Origin: Methanobacteriota archaeon | GTDB lineage: Archaea; Hydrothermarchaeota; Hydrothermarchaeia; Hydrothermarchaeales; JACRDW01 | DNA: 27,615 nt | Reading direction: 5' to 3' | NCBI GenBank assembly: GCA_043820925.1 | Contig: JBDRDL010000012.1 | Location: forward strand, 1 to 27,615 | Part shown: in pieces, positions 1 through 7,407 of the stretch | How positions within the stretch are numbered: the first letter of the stretch is position 1 | Layout: every line of letters starts with the position of its first letter | The notes under the pieces: generated by a model | Databases searched by the model: none | What the model saw: only the letters and a program-made list of their open reading frames with translations | Told to the model about the DNA's origin: nothing | Made by a program: the position numbers and the translations under genes

Positions 1-2
1 AA

Positions 3-116
3 GACTATGAAAGGCGTATTTCAATAAAGGAAGAACTGGCTGCAGGATTAACTGGAAAGGTGGAGTTGCGATCATTTAAGAGCGGCATCGTTAATGCAGA
101 GCTCGAGAAGAAATGA
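3..116 (+). CDS. 3' end of a gene entering from the left; weakly resembles an Hsp20/alpha-crystallin C-terminus (partial)
   Basis: Open frame from the window edge: DYERRISIKEELAAGLTGKVELRSFKSGIVNAELEKK*, TGA at 114-116, abutting the convergent stop at 119. FKSGIVNAELEK resembles the Hsp20 'F/YkNGvLeI.l.K' strand. Confidence 0.4.
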   Translation, partial: DYERRISIKEELAAGLTGKVELRSFKSGIVNAELEKK

Positions 117-118
117 GG

Positions 119-703
119 TTAATCCAAACTTTTCACTTCAATGTCCTCTGGAAGGTTGGGTGCAACGTTGTGAGCAGCCCCGATGAACAAAAGACCTGTT
201 TCACCGTCTTTTAATGTCGCATCGATAGCCTTTGCGATGAACGCATCGCGCTCCTCCATCAGTTCACCTTTCACTAGGTCATATCGACGCCTTGCATCTG
301 CCTTTTCTTCTTCTGTGGGCGCATTTGTAAAGGCTTTGATGTGTTCGTACTCTTTCCTCAACAGCTCAGGGCTTTCGGTTGCTTCTATAGTTGCTCCTTT
401 GTCGATCAACTTCTTAACAATTTGATAGTTCCGGCTCCCTTTATCTGCTGTCTCGTTGACGATTTTCAACCCGAGCTCCCCGCCGCAGGGCAATCCGTCC
501 TGGTATATCCGTACCTTGCTGTAATCCAAAGGGAGGGCATCTATCTCCTTTTCAACATCGCCCCAGAACTTTTCAATCCTCCTCTGGTTTTCCTCCCATC
601 TTCGCTTTCCAATCTTTACCACACCCTCTCTCTCCAGGCTATCTTTCACAGATCCCATATCCACTGGGGTGTGAACAATCCGTATCAATATCAGCTTTCT
701 CAT
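119..703 (-). CDS. conserved hypothetical protein, possibly TraB/EreA-like fold
   Basis: 194-aa ORF with N-terminal IVH and C-terminal ERDAFIAKAI...LLFIGAAH motifs, reminiscent of the TraB/GumN 'ERN...VGAgH' pattern. Confidence 0.6.
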   Translation of the reverse strand: MRKLILIRIVHTPVDMGSVKDSLEREGVVKIGKRRWEENQRRIEKFWGDVEKEIDALPLDYSKVRIYQDGLPCGGELGLKIVNETADKGSRNYQIVKKLIDKGATIEATESPELLRKEYEHIKAFTNAPTEEEKADARRRYDLVKGELMEERDAFIAKAIDATLKDGETGLLFIGAAHNVAPNLPEDIEVKSLD

Positions 704-802
704 CTAATAAATTTAACATGTTAACGATAAAAATGACTGTTCAGGACCTTTTCCAGACTGCGAAATAATTTTTAGTTGTTAAATGAGGGAGGAGTAAATA
801 CA

Positions 803-967
803 ATGTTCAAATGTCCGGGAAGCGAGGCTGTTAAGAGACCTGAAATAATTCTCCTGACCTGCCCGAAGTGTGGAGAAGAAGTAGAAATATTCAGCGACGA
901 GCAGGCAGCGAAGTGCAGCTGTGGTAACGTTGTGTGCAAGTACGCAAAGGAATGTGTGAAAAAATGA
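803..967 (+). CDS. small Cys-rich zinc-ribbon-like protein (54 aa, 7 Cys)
   Basis: GGAGGAG RBS before ATG 803; CPKCG and CSCG knuckles; the stop overlaps the next start (ATGA 964-967). Confidence 0.75.
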   Translation: MFKCPGSEAVKRPEIILLTCPKCGEEVEIFSDEQAAKCSCGNVVCKYAKECVKK

Positions 968-1725
968 GAGTAATAGGATTCGCTGGAAAAGGCGGTACTG
1001 GAAAAACCACGCTTGCAGCGCTGTTTCTAAAGAGCTTACTTGAAAATGGTAAGAAAGAAATTTTAGTAATAGACTCTGACCCGAACGAGTGCCTGCCGGG
1101 TGTTCTTGGAGTCAAAGAATACCTCAGGCTTTCTGACATGGTAAAAAAATATCAGGGCAAGACCATGAATCCTGAGCAGTTCAGCGAGGATTTTGCCACA
1201 ATGCTTGTGGTGAACGAGCAGGAGGGTTTTGATATTCTGGTGATGGGCAGGGGTGAGAGCGAGGGCTGCTACTGCATAATAAATCACCTGCTGAGGAGCA
1301 GCTTCGAGAAGAACATACTAACCGGAGCCTACAAATACGTACTAATGGACTGCGAGGCTGGAATAGAGCACATCTCGAGGAAAACCTCAACCTTCATCGA
1401 CGATTTGGTTATAGTGACAGATGCCTCCAAGATGGGACTGGAAACTATCAAAAGAATAAAGGACGTCTCGGCTGAAGTTGAGAGCAAGGTGAAAAATTTC
1501 TATGTCGTCGGGAATAAAGTCCAGAGCGAAGAGGTCAGCGCAGAGATAGAAAAGGCAGCAGATGAACTCGGAATGAAATATCTCGGAAGCATTCCCTACG
1601 ATGCGCTAATCGAAGAGTTCAACTTCAGGGAGAAAAACCTTCTGGAGATACCTAAAGAATCGAGAGCATATAAAGAAGCAAAAAAGATGCTTAACAGCAT
1701 CACCCCTGCCAACAAAAAAGTATAA
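964..1725 (+). CDS. cooC: CooC/AcsF-family MinD-type ATPase (Ni-insertion accessory protein)
   Basis: Deviant Walker A GKGGTGKTT, DSDPN, metal-binding EGCYC, DCEAGIEHISR and GNK motifs. Start reassigned to ATG 964 on the ATGA coupling. Confidence 0.85.
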   Translation: MRVIGFAGKGGTGKTTLAALFLKSLLENGKKEILVIDSDPNECLPGVLGVKEYLRLSDMVKKYQGKTMNPEQFSEDFATMLVVNEQEGFDILVMGRGESEGCYCIINHLLRSSFEKNILTGAYKYVLMDCEAGIEHISRKTSTFIDDLVIVTDASKMGLETIKRIKDVSAEVESKVKNFYVVGNKVQSEEVSAEIEKAADELGMKYLGSIPYDALIEEFNFREKNLLEIPKESRAYKEAKKMLNSITPANKKV

Positions 1726-1760
1726 ATACTATAATCAATTCTACGTTTTATTAAAGGAGG
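1714..1760 (+). promoter_or_regulatory. putative BRE/TATA box and RBS for the ferredoxin
   Basis: AAAAAAG-TATAAATA (1714-1728) and AAGGAGG (1754-1760) upstream of ATG 1768. Confidence 0.45.
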
Positions 1761-1767
1761 CGCACCT

Positions 1768-1986
1768 ATGGTGAAAATAACTGTAGACTACGGCACATGT
1801 GAGGGCTGCGGGACGTGTGAGGCTTTGTGCCCCGACGTATTTAAGCTGGAAGGAGAAAAAGCGATGGTTCTCAAAGAGGAAGGGAGTGATTCCTGTAATT
1901 TAGAAGAGGTTGTGCAAAACTGTCCAACCGAATCAATAAAAGTGGAGGGCATGGACATTAAATTTGTGAGGAAGGCACCCTTCTAA
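1768..1986 (+). CDS. monocluster [4Fe-4S] ferredoxin
   Basis: CEGCGTCEALCP plus a distal NCP; 72 aa, acidic. Confidence 0.9.
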   Translation: MVKITVDYGTCEGCGTCEALCPDVFKLEGEKAMVLKEEGSDSCNLEEVVQNCPTESIKVEGMDIKFVRKAPF

Positions 1987-2068
1987 TCACCGGAAAAAGC
2001 AGAGTACCAGCAATGAAAACTGGTACTTGCTACCTAACTTTTTATTTTGTATGCAAGTTGAAGCGAGA

Positions 2069-3172
2069 TTACTTCATCTCGCTTCCTCTAACTCTAGCGC
2101 CAACATTCATGTCTCGAACCGCAAATGTGTAGTCGTCGATGTGCTTGTCGGTGAATGGTATTCCTGTCAATTCAAAGAATTTCGCCCAGCCGATTCTCTC
2201 TATCCATTCGCCCACCCTTTCGTCTTGCTTTGCATTCTTTGCCCATATCTCTACGATTTTCTTTACAGTATTGACCACTTCAGGCCATTTTGGAGGATTG
2301 TTCGGTATGAACGGAATTGCAAGTCTGGAAAACGTTGGACCTCCTCGGGTGTTTGAGACTTTTCCTCCTACCCAGATTGCAACGCCGTCATTTTCAGCGT
2401 TTGCCAGCGGTACGCCCGGACATAAGCCGTAGCAAATACCGCAGTACATGCATTTTTCCGCTACTATTTCTATTGATCTAGCCGTTGTCCCGTCCGCTTT
2501 TTTTAGCATTTTGGGTTTGATTGCATAGGTTGGGCAGGCTGCAATCAAGCTCGGTACCTCGCATGCCCTTGCTACCACCTCATCATCTACTGGCGGCGGG
2601 ACCCTGTGCATGCCTAGAACCGCTATATCAGAGCAGTGAACAGCCCCGCACATATTCAGACAGCTCGCCACGGCGATGTTTAACCTTGCTGGTAAATCGT
2701 CCCTCTGGAAGTACGGGAGCAGCGCATCGCATATTGCCTTTGAAATCCCAGGCGCATCTGTAGCTGCTGTGTGGCAGTGCACCCAGCCCGTGCACTGTAC
2801 GATGCTGTGCATCGCATTTCCTGTTCCTCCCACTGGGAGTCCCATCTTCTTTAAGTCCTTTAATAAGGGGTCAATATCTTCCTTCTTGGGGACCAGGAAT
2901 TCTATGCTGTGTTTGCTGCTAAATCTCAGTGTGCCCTCGCAATATTTATCCGCCAGGTCGCAGAGCTCTAAAATTGTCTTAGAAGCGACGAACTTTGGTG
3001 CCCCTGCCCTTACGGTATAGACCTCATCTCCTGTCTCGGAGACGTGTTTGAAGACACCTGGCTTTACTAGCTCATGGTATTTCCACTTTCCGTAATTTCT
3101 CTTGATAATTGGGGAGAGCATTTCCTTATAGTCCGGTGGTCCAAAGTCCAACTCATCCATTTTCAAAGGCAT
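2069..3172 (-). CDS. dsrB: dissimilatory sulfite reductase beta subunit
   Basis: NYGKWKYHE, CTGWVHCHT, CLNMCGAVHCSDI, ferredoxin insert CMYCGICYGLCP and ERVGEWIERIGW. ATG 3172 is preferred over GTG 3181 because GGAGGTG lies 6 nt upstream of it. Confidence 0.97.
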   Translation of the reverse strand: MPLKMDELDFGPPDYKEMLSPIIKRNYGKWKYHELVKPGVFKHVSETGDEVYTVRAGAPKFVASKTILELCDLADKYCEGTLRFSSKHSIEFLVPKKEDIDPLLKDLKKMGLPVGGTGNAMHSIVQCTGWVHCHTAATDAPGISKAICDALLPYFQRDDLPARLNIAVASCLNMCGAVHCSDIAVLGMHRVPPPVDDEVVARACEVPSLIAACPTYAIKPKMLKKADGTTARSIEIVAEKCMYCGICYGLCPGVPLANAENDGVAIWVGGKVSNTRGGPTFSRLAIPFIPNNPPKWPEVVNTVKKIVEIWAKNAKQDERVGEWIERIGWAKFFELTGIPFTDKHIDDYTFAVRDMNVGARVRGSEMK

Positions 3173-3190
3173 TTTCGGCACCTCCTTTCT

Positions 3191-4342
3191 CTATTTTACT
3201 TCCCCTGGCCAGTAGAACCAGAAGGGGTTACTTCTCGGCGCCTTTACATTCTGTGGCACCGGTTTTAATCCAGTTTCATGGAAGAACTTTCCAGCTCCAA
3301 GTCTGTAGATAGTCTCTCCAATCCTTTCCTTTGTTCTTCCGTTTGCGTCCCACCAGTCAGTTAACTTGAAAATAAGGTCTTTTAGTTCTTTGTACGGGGG
3401 TTTAATCTCCATGAATGGGACCAATACCCAGGAAAGGAATGCTCCGTATCTCCCTCGCGCCCTTCCTCCCATCAATATTGTAGCTCCTCTCTCATCGCCC
3501 GGTCTGAGCGCCTTTGACATTTTCTGCAGGCAGTACATGCATCTTATGCAGTCGCCGTTGTTTACTTTCAATTCTTTTCCGTTCCATGACATAGCTTTCG
3601 TCGGGCACTTGGAGGCGATTAGGTTGATATCGACGCCTGCCTTTGCGTAGTTCTGTACCTCTTTCTGGTCTATCTTCATGTCATCTTTCCATGTTCCTAT
3701 TACTGGAAAGTCTGCTCTCGCCACACCTGCAACGCAGTCTGTCGGGCAGCCTGAGATTTTAATCTTGAACTTATAGGGAAACCTCGGTCTGTGCATGTCG
3801 TTCAGGATGGTGGGGTCTCTCATTAGGCTATGGTATATATCAAGGGTATCTATCAACGCCATTTCACACCTTGCCGGTCCGATGCAGCAGCTCGGTGTTC
3901 TATAATCCCCTGCCGAACCACCAAAATCCCAGTGTTCTTTTGCGAGTTCCTCGAAGCATGGCTCTATCTTGTCAGATAGGCACCCAACTAATTGTATATC
4001 TGCTGTTGCCCCGTGGAAATTCATCAGTCCAGAGCCGTGTTTAGCCCAGATCTCGCAGAGTTTTCTCATTTTTTTGGTGCTGTAAATCCATCCAGCAGGC
4101 TGTAGTATTCTCAATGTATGACAATCCCTCATAATATCGTGCCTGTCTGACAGCCTTCCTATAACCCCTGCATCATAACCCGGGTATCCGGGCATACCGC
4201 CGTGCGTCCAATGCGTCACTTTGTCTTTGTAAGCCAGCTCGTAGATCTTAAGAAGCCCTTTATATCCTGTTTTCTTCATTTCCGTCACAACACTGGGCCA
4301 GGGTCCTTTCTCAGCTTCATCTAATATAGGAGTCTCAGACAT
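3191..4342 (-). CDS. dsrA: dissimilatory sulfite reductase alpha subunit
   Basis: TPILDEAEKGPWPS, THWTHGG, CIGPARCE, FPYKFKIKISGCPTDC, CIRCMYC and PRSNP; GGAGGT RBS. Confidence 0.97.
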   Translation of the reverse strand: MSETPILDEAEKGPWPSVVTEMKKTGYKGLLKIYELAYKDKVTHWTHGGMPGYPGYDAGVIGRLSDRHDIMRDCHTLRILQPAGWIYSTKKMRKLCEIWAKHGSGLMNFHGATADIQLVGCLSDKIEPCFEELAKEHWDFGGSAGDYRTPSCCIGPARCEMALIDTLDIYHSLMRDPTILNDMHRPRFPYKFKIKISGCPTDCVAGVARADFPVIGTWKDDMKIDQKEVQNYAKAGVDINLIASKCPTKAMSWNGKELKVNNGDCIRCMYCLQKMSKALRPGDERGATILMGGRARGRYGAFLSWVLVPFMEIKPPYKELKDLIFKLTDWWDANGRTKERIGETIYRLGAGKFFHETGLKPVPQNVKAPRSNPFWFYWPGEVK

Positions 4343-4400
4343 TCTTTTACCTCCAACTTAATTCTAATTCTGATAAGAATCAAGAGCATAAATATATATA

Positions 4401-4459
4401 TTTTTTGAGAAGAATATTATCCAACATAAGGTTAATTTTCTTTCCAAAATATTTATATA
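4401..4459 (+). repeat. 59-bp promoter repeat, copy 1 (imperfect palindrome plus TATA) upstream of dsrC
   Basis: TTTTTTGAGAAGAATATTATCCAACATAAGGTTAATTTTCTTTCCAAAATATTTATATA; 58/59 identical to 10708-10766; ends in TTTATATA ~33 nt before the dsrC ATG. Confidence 0.92.
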
Positions 4460-4491
4460 CTAATATTTATAATTTTTACTCAGGTGATTTT

Positions 4492-4827
4492 ATGGCAGAA
4501 CTTGAAGTTGGAGGAAAAAAGCTATCTCTCGACGAGGACGGATTCCTGCAGGACTGGAAGGTGTGGAACAAAGAAGTTGCTGAAGCGTTTGCAGCGCAAG
4601 AAGGAATAACGTTAACGCCAGAGCACTGGGAAATAATAAATTTCCTTAGGAAGTACTTCGAAACGTACAATATTGCGCCGCCGATAAGGATGCTCATAAA
4701 AGAAGTAGAGAAAGTGATGGGACCTGAGAAGGGCAACTTAAAATACGTTTACAAGCTATTCCCGGGTGGACCGGCAAAGCAGGCCTGCAAGTACGCAGGA
4801 CTTCCAAAACCGACCGGCTGCGTGTGA
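4492..4827 (+). CDS. dsrC: DsrC sulfur-carrier protein (both C-terminal Cys present)
   Basis: LDEDGFL, LTPEHW, LFPGGPAKQACKYAGLPKPTGCV; AGGTGA RBS at 4482-4487 supports ATG 4492. Confidence 0.97.
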   Translation: MAELEVGGKKLSLDEDGFLQDWKVWNKEVAEAFAAQEGITLTPEHWEIINFLRKYFETYNIAPPIRMLIKEVEKVMGPEKGNLKYVYKLFPGGPAKQACKYAGLPKPTGCV

Positions 4828-4897
4828 TTGTCGAGGCATATACGAGGAAGATAGATTCGGTCGCGGAATGAGTGCTCGCCGCCGAGACCCATCTTAT

Positions 4898-6235
4898 TTA
4901 TTTGATTTCTTCGCAAACCATGTCGCAGGAAGCCTTTACTATTTTGTGCTCTTTTTCTGCATGCTCGCAGCACCCGTCCATGCTCTTGAACTCCGCCCCG
5001 CACAAACCGCACTTGCTTGGCTTTGCAGGCGCTGCTGGCGGCTTTGGAACTTCGACCTCTGGAACTTTCTCAACCTCTGGAACCTCAACCTTAGTCATAA
5101 CTGAGATTGTGGTTTTATATAGGAGGGTGAGTATCAATAGTCCAACTCCCCAAACTCCTAGGGTGATCAACGACTCAAGTGCTGTAGGCCAGTATTCAAA
5201 TATATCGCCTATCTGCGATGGTATGTAACCCGGGATAATCAGGCCTAGACCTTTGTCTATCCAGATGGAAGTAAATACGAACGCGCATGCCAGCATTAGA
5301 GTATTTTCCCTCTTGCGGGTACCCGGGTTGACGAGTAGGGCAATCGCTATAAACCCAAGTATAAACGATATCCATATCCATGGTACGAGCTTTGCATGTC
5401 CCGCAATACCAAAGAAGAGATACTTGAAGTGGAGCATGTGCTCCGGGTGCGCACCATAGCCGACGGTGAAAATTTCGCATCCAATGAAAAACATAGATAT
5501 TATCATTGCGAATGTGACAATCTCTGCCAACTTATTGATTGCGTCCTTGCCGGGATCGAATTTTGTATATCTTCTCAGCACCAAACTCGCCAGGATTACA
5601 AGGGCAGGTCCGGAAGCAAAAGCCGAAGCCAGGAAGCGGGGTGCCATAAGTGCGGTAAACCAGAAAGGCCTCCCGATCAGACCGCCGTATAGGTATGCCG
5701 TTACAGTATGAATGCTTATCGCCCAGGGGATCGAAAGGTAAATCAAAGGTTTGATATATCCTCTTGGAGGTACATCTTTATCCTTTGCATCCAGAACGTA
5801 CCATCCAATCACTATGTTGAGGAGGAGATATCCAGTCAACACTATCATGTCCCATATCATGACTGAGGAGATATTTGGATGGAGCATAATGTTTAATAAT
5901 CTCATCGGCTGACCGAGGTCTACGACGATGAACAAGACACACATTGTTACCGCAGCCACCGCAAGAAACTCTCCAAGTGCTGTAACGTTCGCGAATTTCT
6001 TATAATCATATATGTATGCCGGCAGAACTACCAAAACCGCTGAAGCTGCCACGCCGACAAGGAATGTGAAATTTGCTATATACAAGCCCCAAGAAACACT
6101 CTGGCTCATCCCAGTTATTCCTAAACCTATACGCCACTGGTACGAGTAGGAAATAAGACCTACCGCAATAATAGCGAGCAAGAAAGCTATCCATCCCCAG
6201 TATTTTCTGTCACCTTTAAGTACGCTTTCAAACAT
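4898..6235 (-). CDS. dsrP: DsrP, NrfD-family membrane subunit with an extra C-terminal zinc-finger-like domain
   Basis: GLGITGMS..VSWGLYIANFTFLVGVAASA, DLGQP.R, SIPWAISIHTVTA and APRFLASAF; last gene of MKJOP. Confidence 0.95.
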   Translation of the reverse strand: MFESVLKGDRKYWGWIAFLLAIIAVGLISYSYQWRIGLGITGMSQSVSWGLYIANFTFLVGVAASAVLVVLPAYIYDYKKFANVTALGEFLAVAAVTMCVLFIVVDLGQPMRLLNIMLHPNISSVMIWDMIVLTGYLLLNIVIGWYVLDAKDKDVPPRGYIKPLIYLSIPWAISIHTVTAYLYGGLIGRPFWFTALMAPRFLASAFASGPALVILASLVLRRYTKFDPGKDAINKLAEIVTFAMIISMFFIGCEIFTVGYGAHPEHMLHFKYLFFGIAGHAKLVPWIWISFILGFIAIALLVNPGTRKRENTLMLACAFVFTSIWIDKGLGLIIPGYIPSQIGDIFEYWPTALESLITLGVWGVGLLILTLLYKTTISVMTKVEVPEVEKVPEVEVPKPPAAPAKPSKCGLCGAEFKSMDGCCEHAEKEHKIVKASCDMVCEEIK

Positions 6236-6237
6236 GA

Positions 6238-7017
6238 TTATTCACCTCGAATTATGTAATAAACCTTAGGTTCTGTACCCAAACTTGGTTTACGTACAGT
6301 AGAATAGCTGGATTCGAGAGCTTTTCTGACTTCTGAGTTCGGATCTTCCAGGTCTCCGAAAATCAATGCTCCTTCTTTGCAAGCTTCGACGCATGCAGGA
6401 ATCTTCCCTATGGCGAGCCTTTCCGCACAGAAGTTGCATTTCTCCACAACTCCCTTTCCTCTAGTAGGAAACTCCGGGTCGATTTCCTTTATCAAAGGTC
6501 GAGGGTCACGCCAATTGAAGCTTCTTGAACCATAAGGACATGCTGCCATGCAATAGCGACATCCTATGCACCTGTGCATATCCATCATAACTATTCCGTC
6601 CTCTCGCAGCCAGGTTGCCTGAGTTGGGCAGACTTTTACGCATTGAGGGTTGCGGCAGTGATTGCAGAGGACGAGAACCGGTTTGTGCGCTAGACTTTTT
6701 CTGGTAAACTCATGAGCCTGCTCTGGGAAAGCCTCCTTAAAACCGATGGTTCTTAACCAAAAAATTTCGTCTTTGGGATTATCAAAAGCAGGTACATTGT
6801 GAACTTTGTGGCACGCTTCAATGCAATCTATGCACCCATCTCCACACTTTCCCAAGTCTATTACCATTCCCCACTGCTCAGCTTCGAGCGCTTTTTTTTC
6901 CTCTGGTAGGGCTTCTATTAAATCAAACTTTGAGAGCATGTCCAATTTCAACTTTGCGATAAGACCCAGCGTAGCTACTCCCGTTATCTTCAAAAATTTT
7001 CTTCTATTTATTCTCAT
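6238..7017 (-). CDS. dsrO: DsrO, Tat-exported polyferredoxin
   Basis: NRRKFLK Tat motif; CNHCRNPQCVKVCPT, CIGCRYCMAACPY and VVEKCNFC. Confidence 0.95.
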   Translation of the reverse strand: MRINRRKFLKITGVATLGLIAKLKLDMLSKFDLIEALPEEKKALEAEQWGMVIDLGKCGDGCIDCIEACHKVHNVPAFDNPKDEIFWLRTIGFKEAFPEQAHEFTRKSLAHKPVLVLCNHCRNPQCVKVCPTQATWLREDGIVMMDMHRCIGCRYCMAACPYGSRSFNWRDPRPLIKEIDPEFPTRGKGVVEKCNFCAERLAIGKIPACVEACKEGALIFGDLEDPNSEVRKALESSYSTVRKPSLGTEPKVYYIIRGE

Positions 7018-7405
7018 TTTTCAACTCCCCTGGGTAGGTATGGCAATCCCAACAATAGGGATTTATTACTCCAACATAATTGTGGCATTTATCACAGAAC
7101 TCTTCTTTGTTTGAGTGACATCTCATGCATTCTTTGGTGAGGCTCATGCTATAAATCTCCCCATCGCTTGCAACGTATATTCTCTCCCCTCCGCGAACAA
7201 CGGTGTCTCTCCACTTATTCAGCAGCACCATGTGCTCGCCTCTCATAAATTCTGCAGGTTCTATGCACTTTTTTTCTTCTGTTATAATTTTTGGCTCTGC
7301 CTTATAGCCAAGCCCGCCCGCTGCTGTGGTATACCAGAGAGGAAGAGTGACCAAGCAAAGGAAAACTATCAATCCTGAGACTATCCACTTTGCGTCGTAC
7401 ATCAT
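7004..7405 (-). CDS. dsrJ: DsrJ triheme cytochrome c
   Basis: N-terminal TM helix; conserved C(IE) and MRGEHM; three CxxCH motifs (CMRCH, CDKCH, CWDCH). Confidence 0.95.
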   Translation of the reverse strand: MMYDAKWIVSGLIVFLCLVTLPLWYTTAAGGLGYKAEPKIITEEKKCIEPAEFMRGEHMVLLNKWRDTVVRGGERIYVASDGEIYSMSLTKECMRCHSNKEEFCDKCHNYVGVINPYCWDCHTYPGELKNENK

Positions 7406-7407
7406 TC

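Noticed and set aside
964..1725. Possible dsrN (CbiA-like siroheme amidase) next to dsrB
   Set aside because: Only 253 aa, no glutamine amidotransferase domain, and it has the CooC-specific GCYC and EAGIEH motifs.
4405..4491. N-terminal extension of DsrC in the ORF track
   Set aside because: It runs through the promoter repeat; the RBS supports ATG 4492.
4824..4897. GC-richer spacer after dsrC with a 15-codon GTG-started frame overlapping the dsrC stop
   Set aside because: Too short and not recognisable; it may be a scar but cannot be supported.
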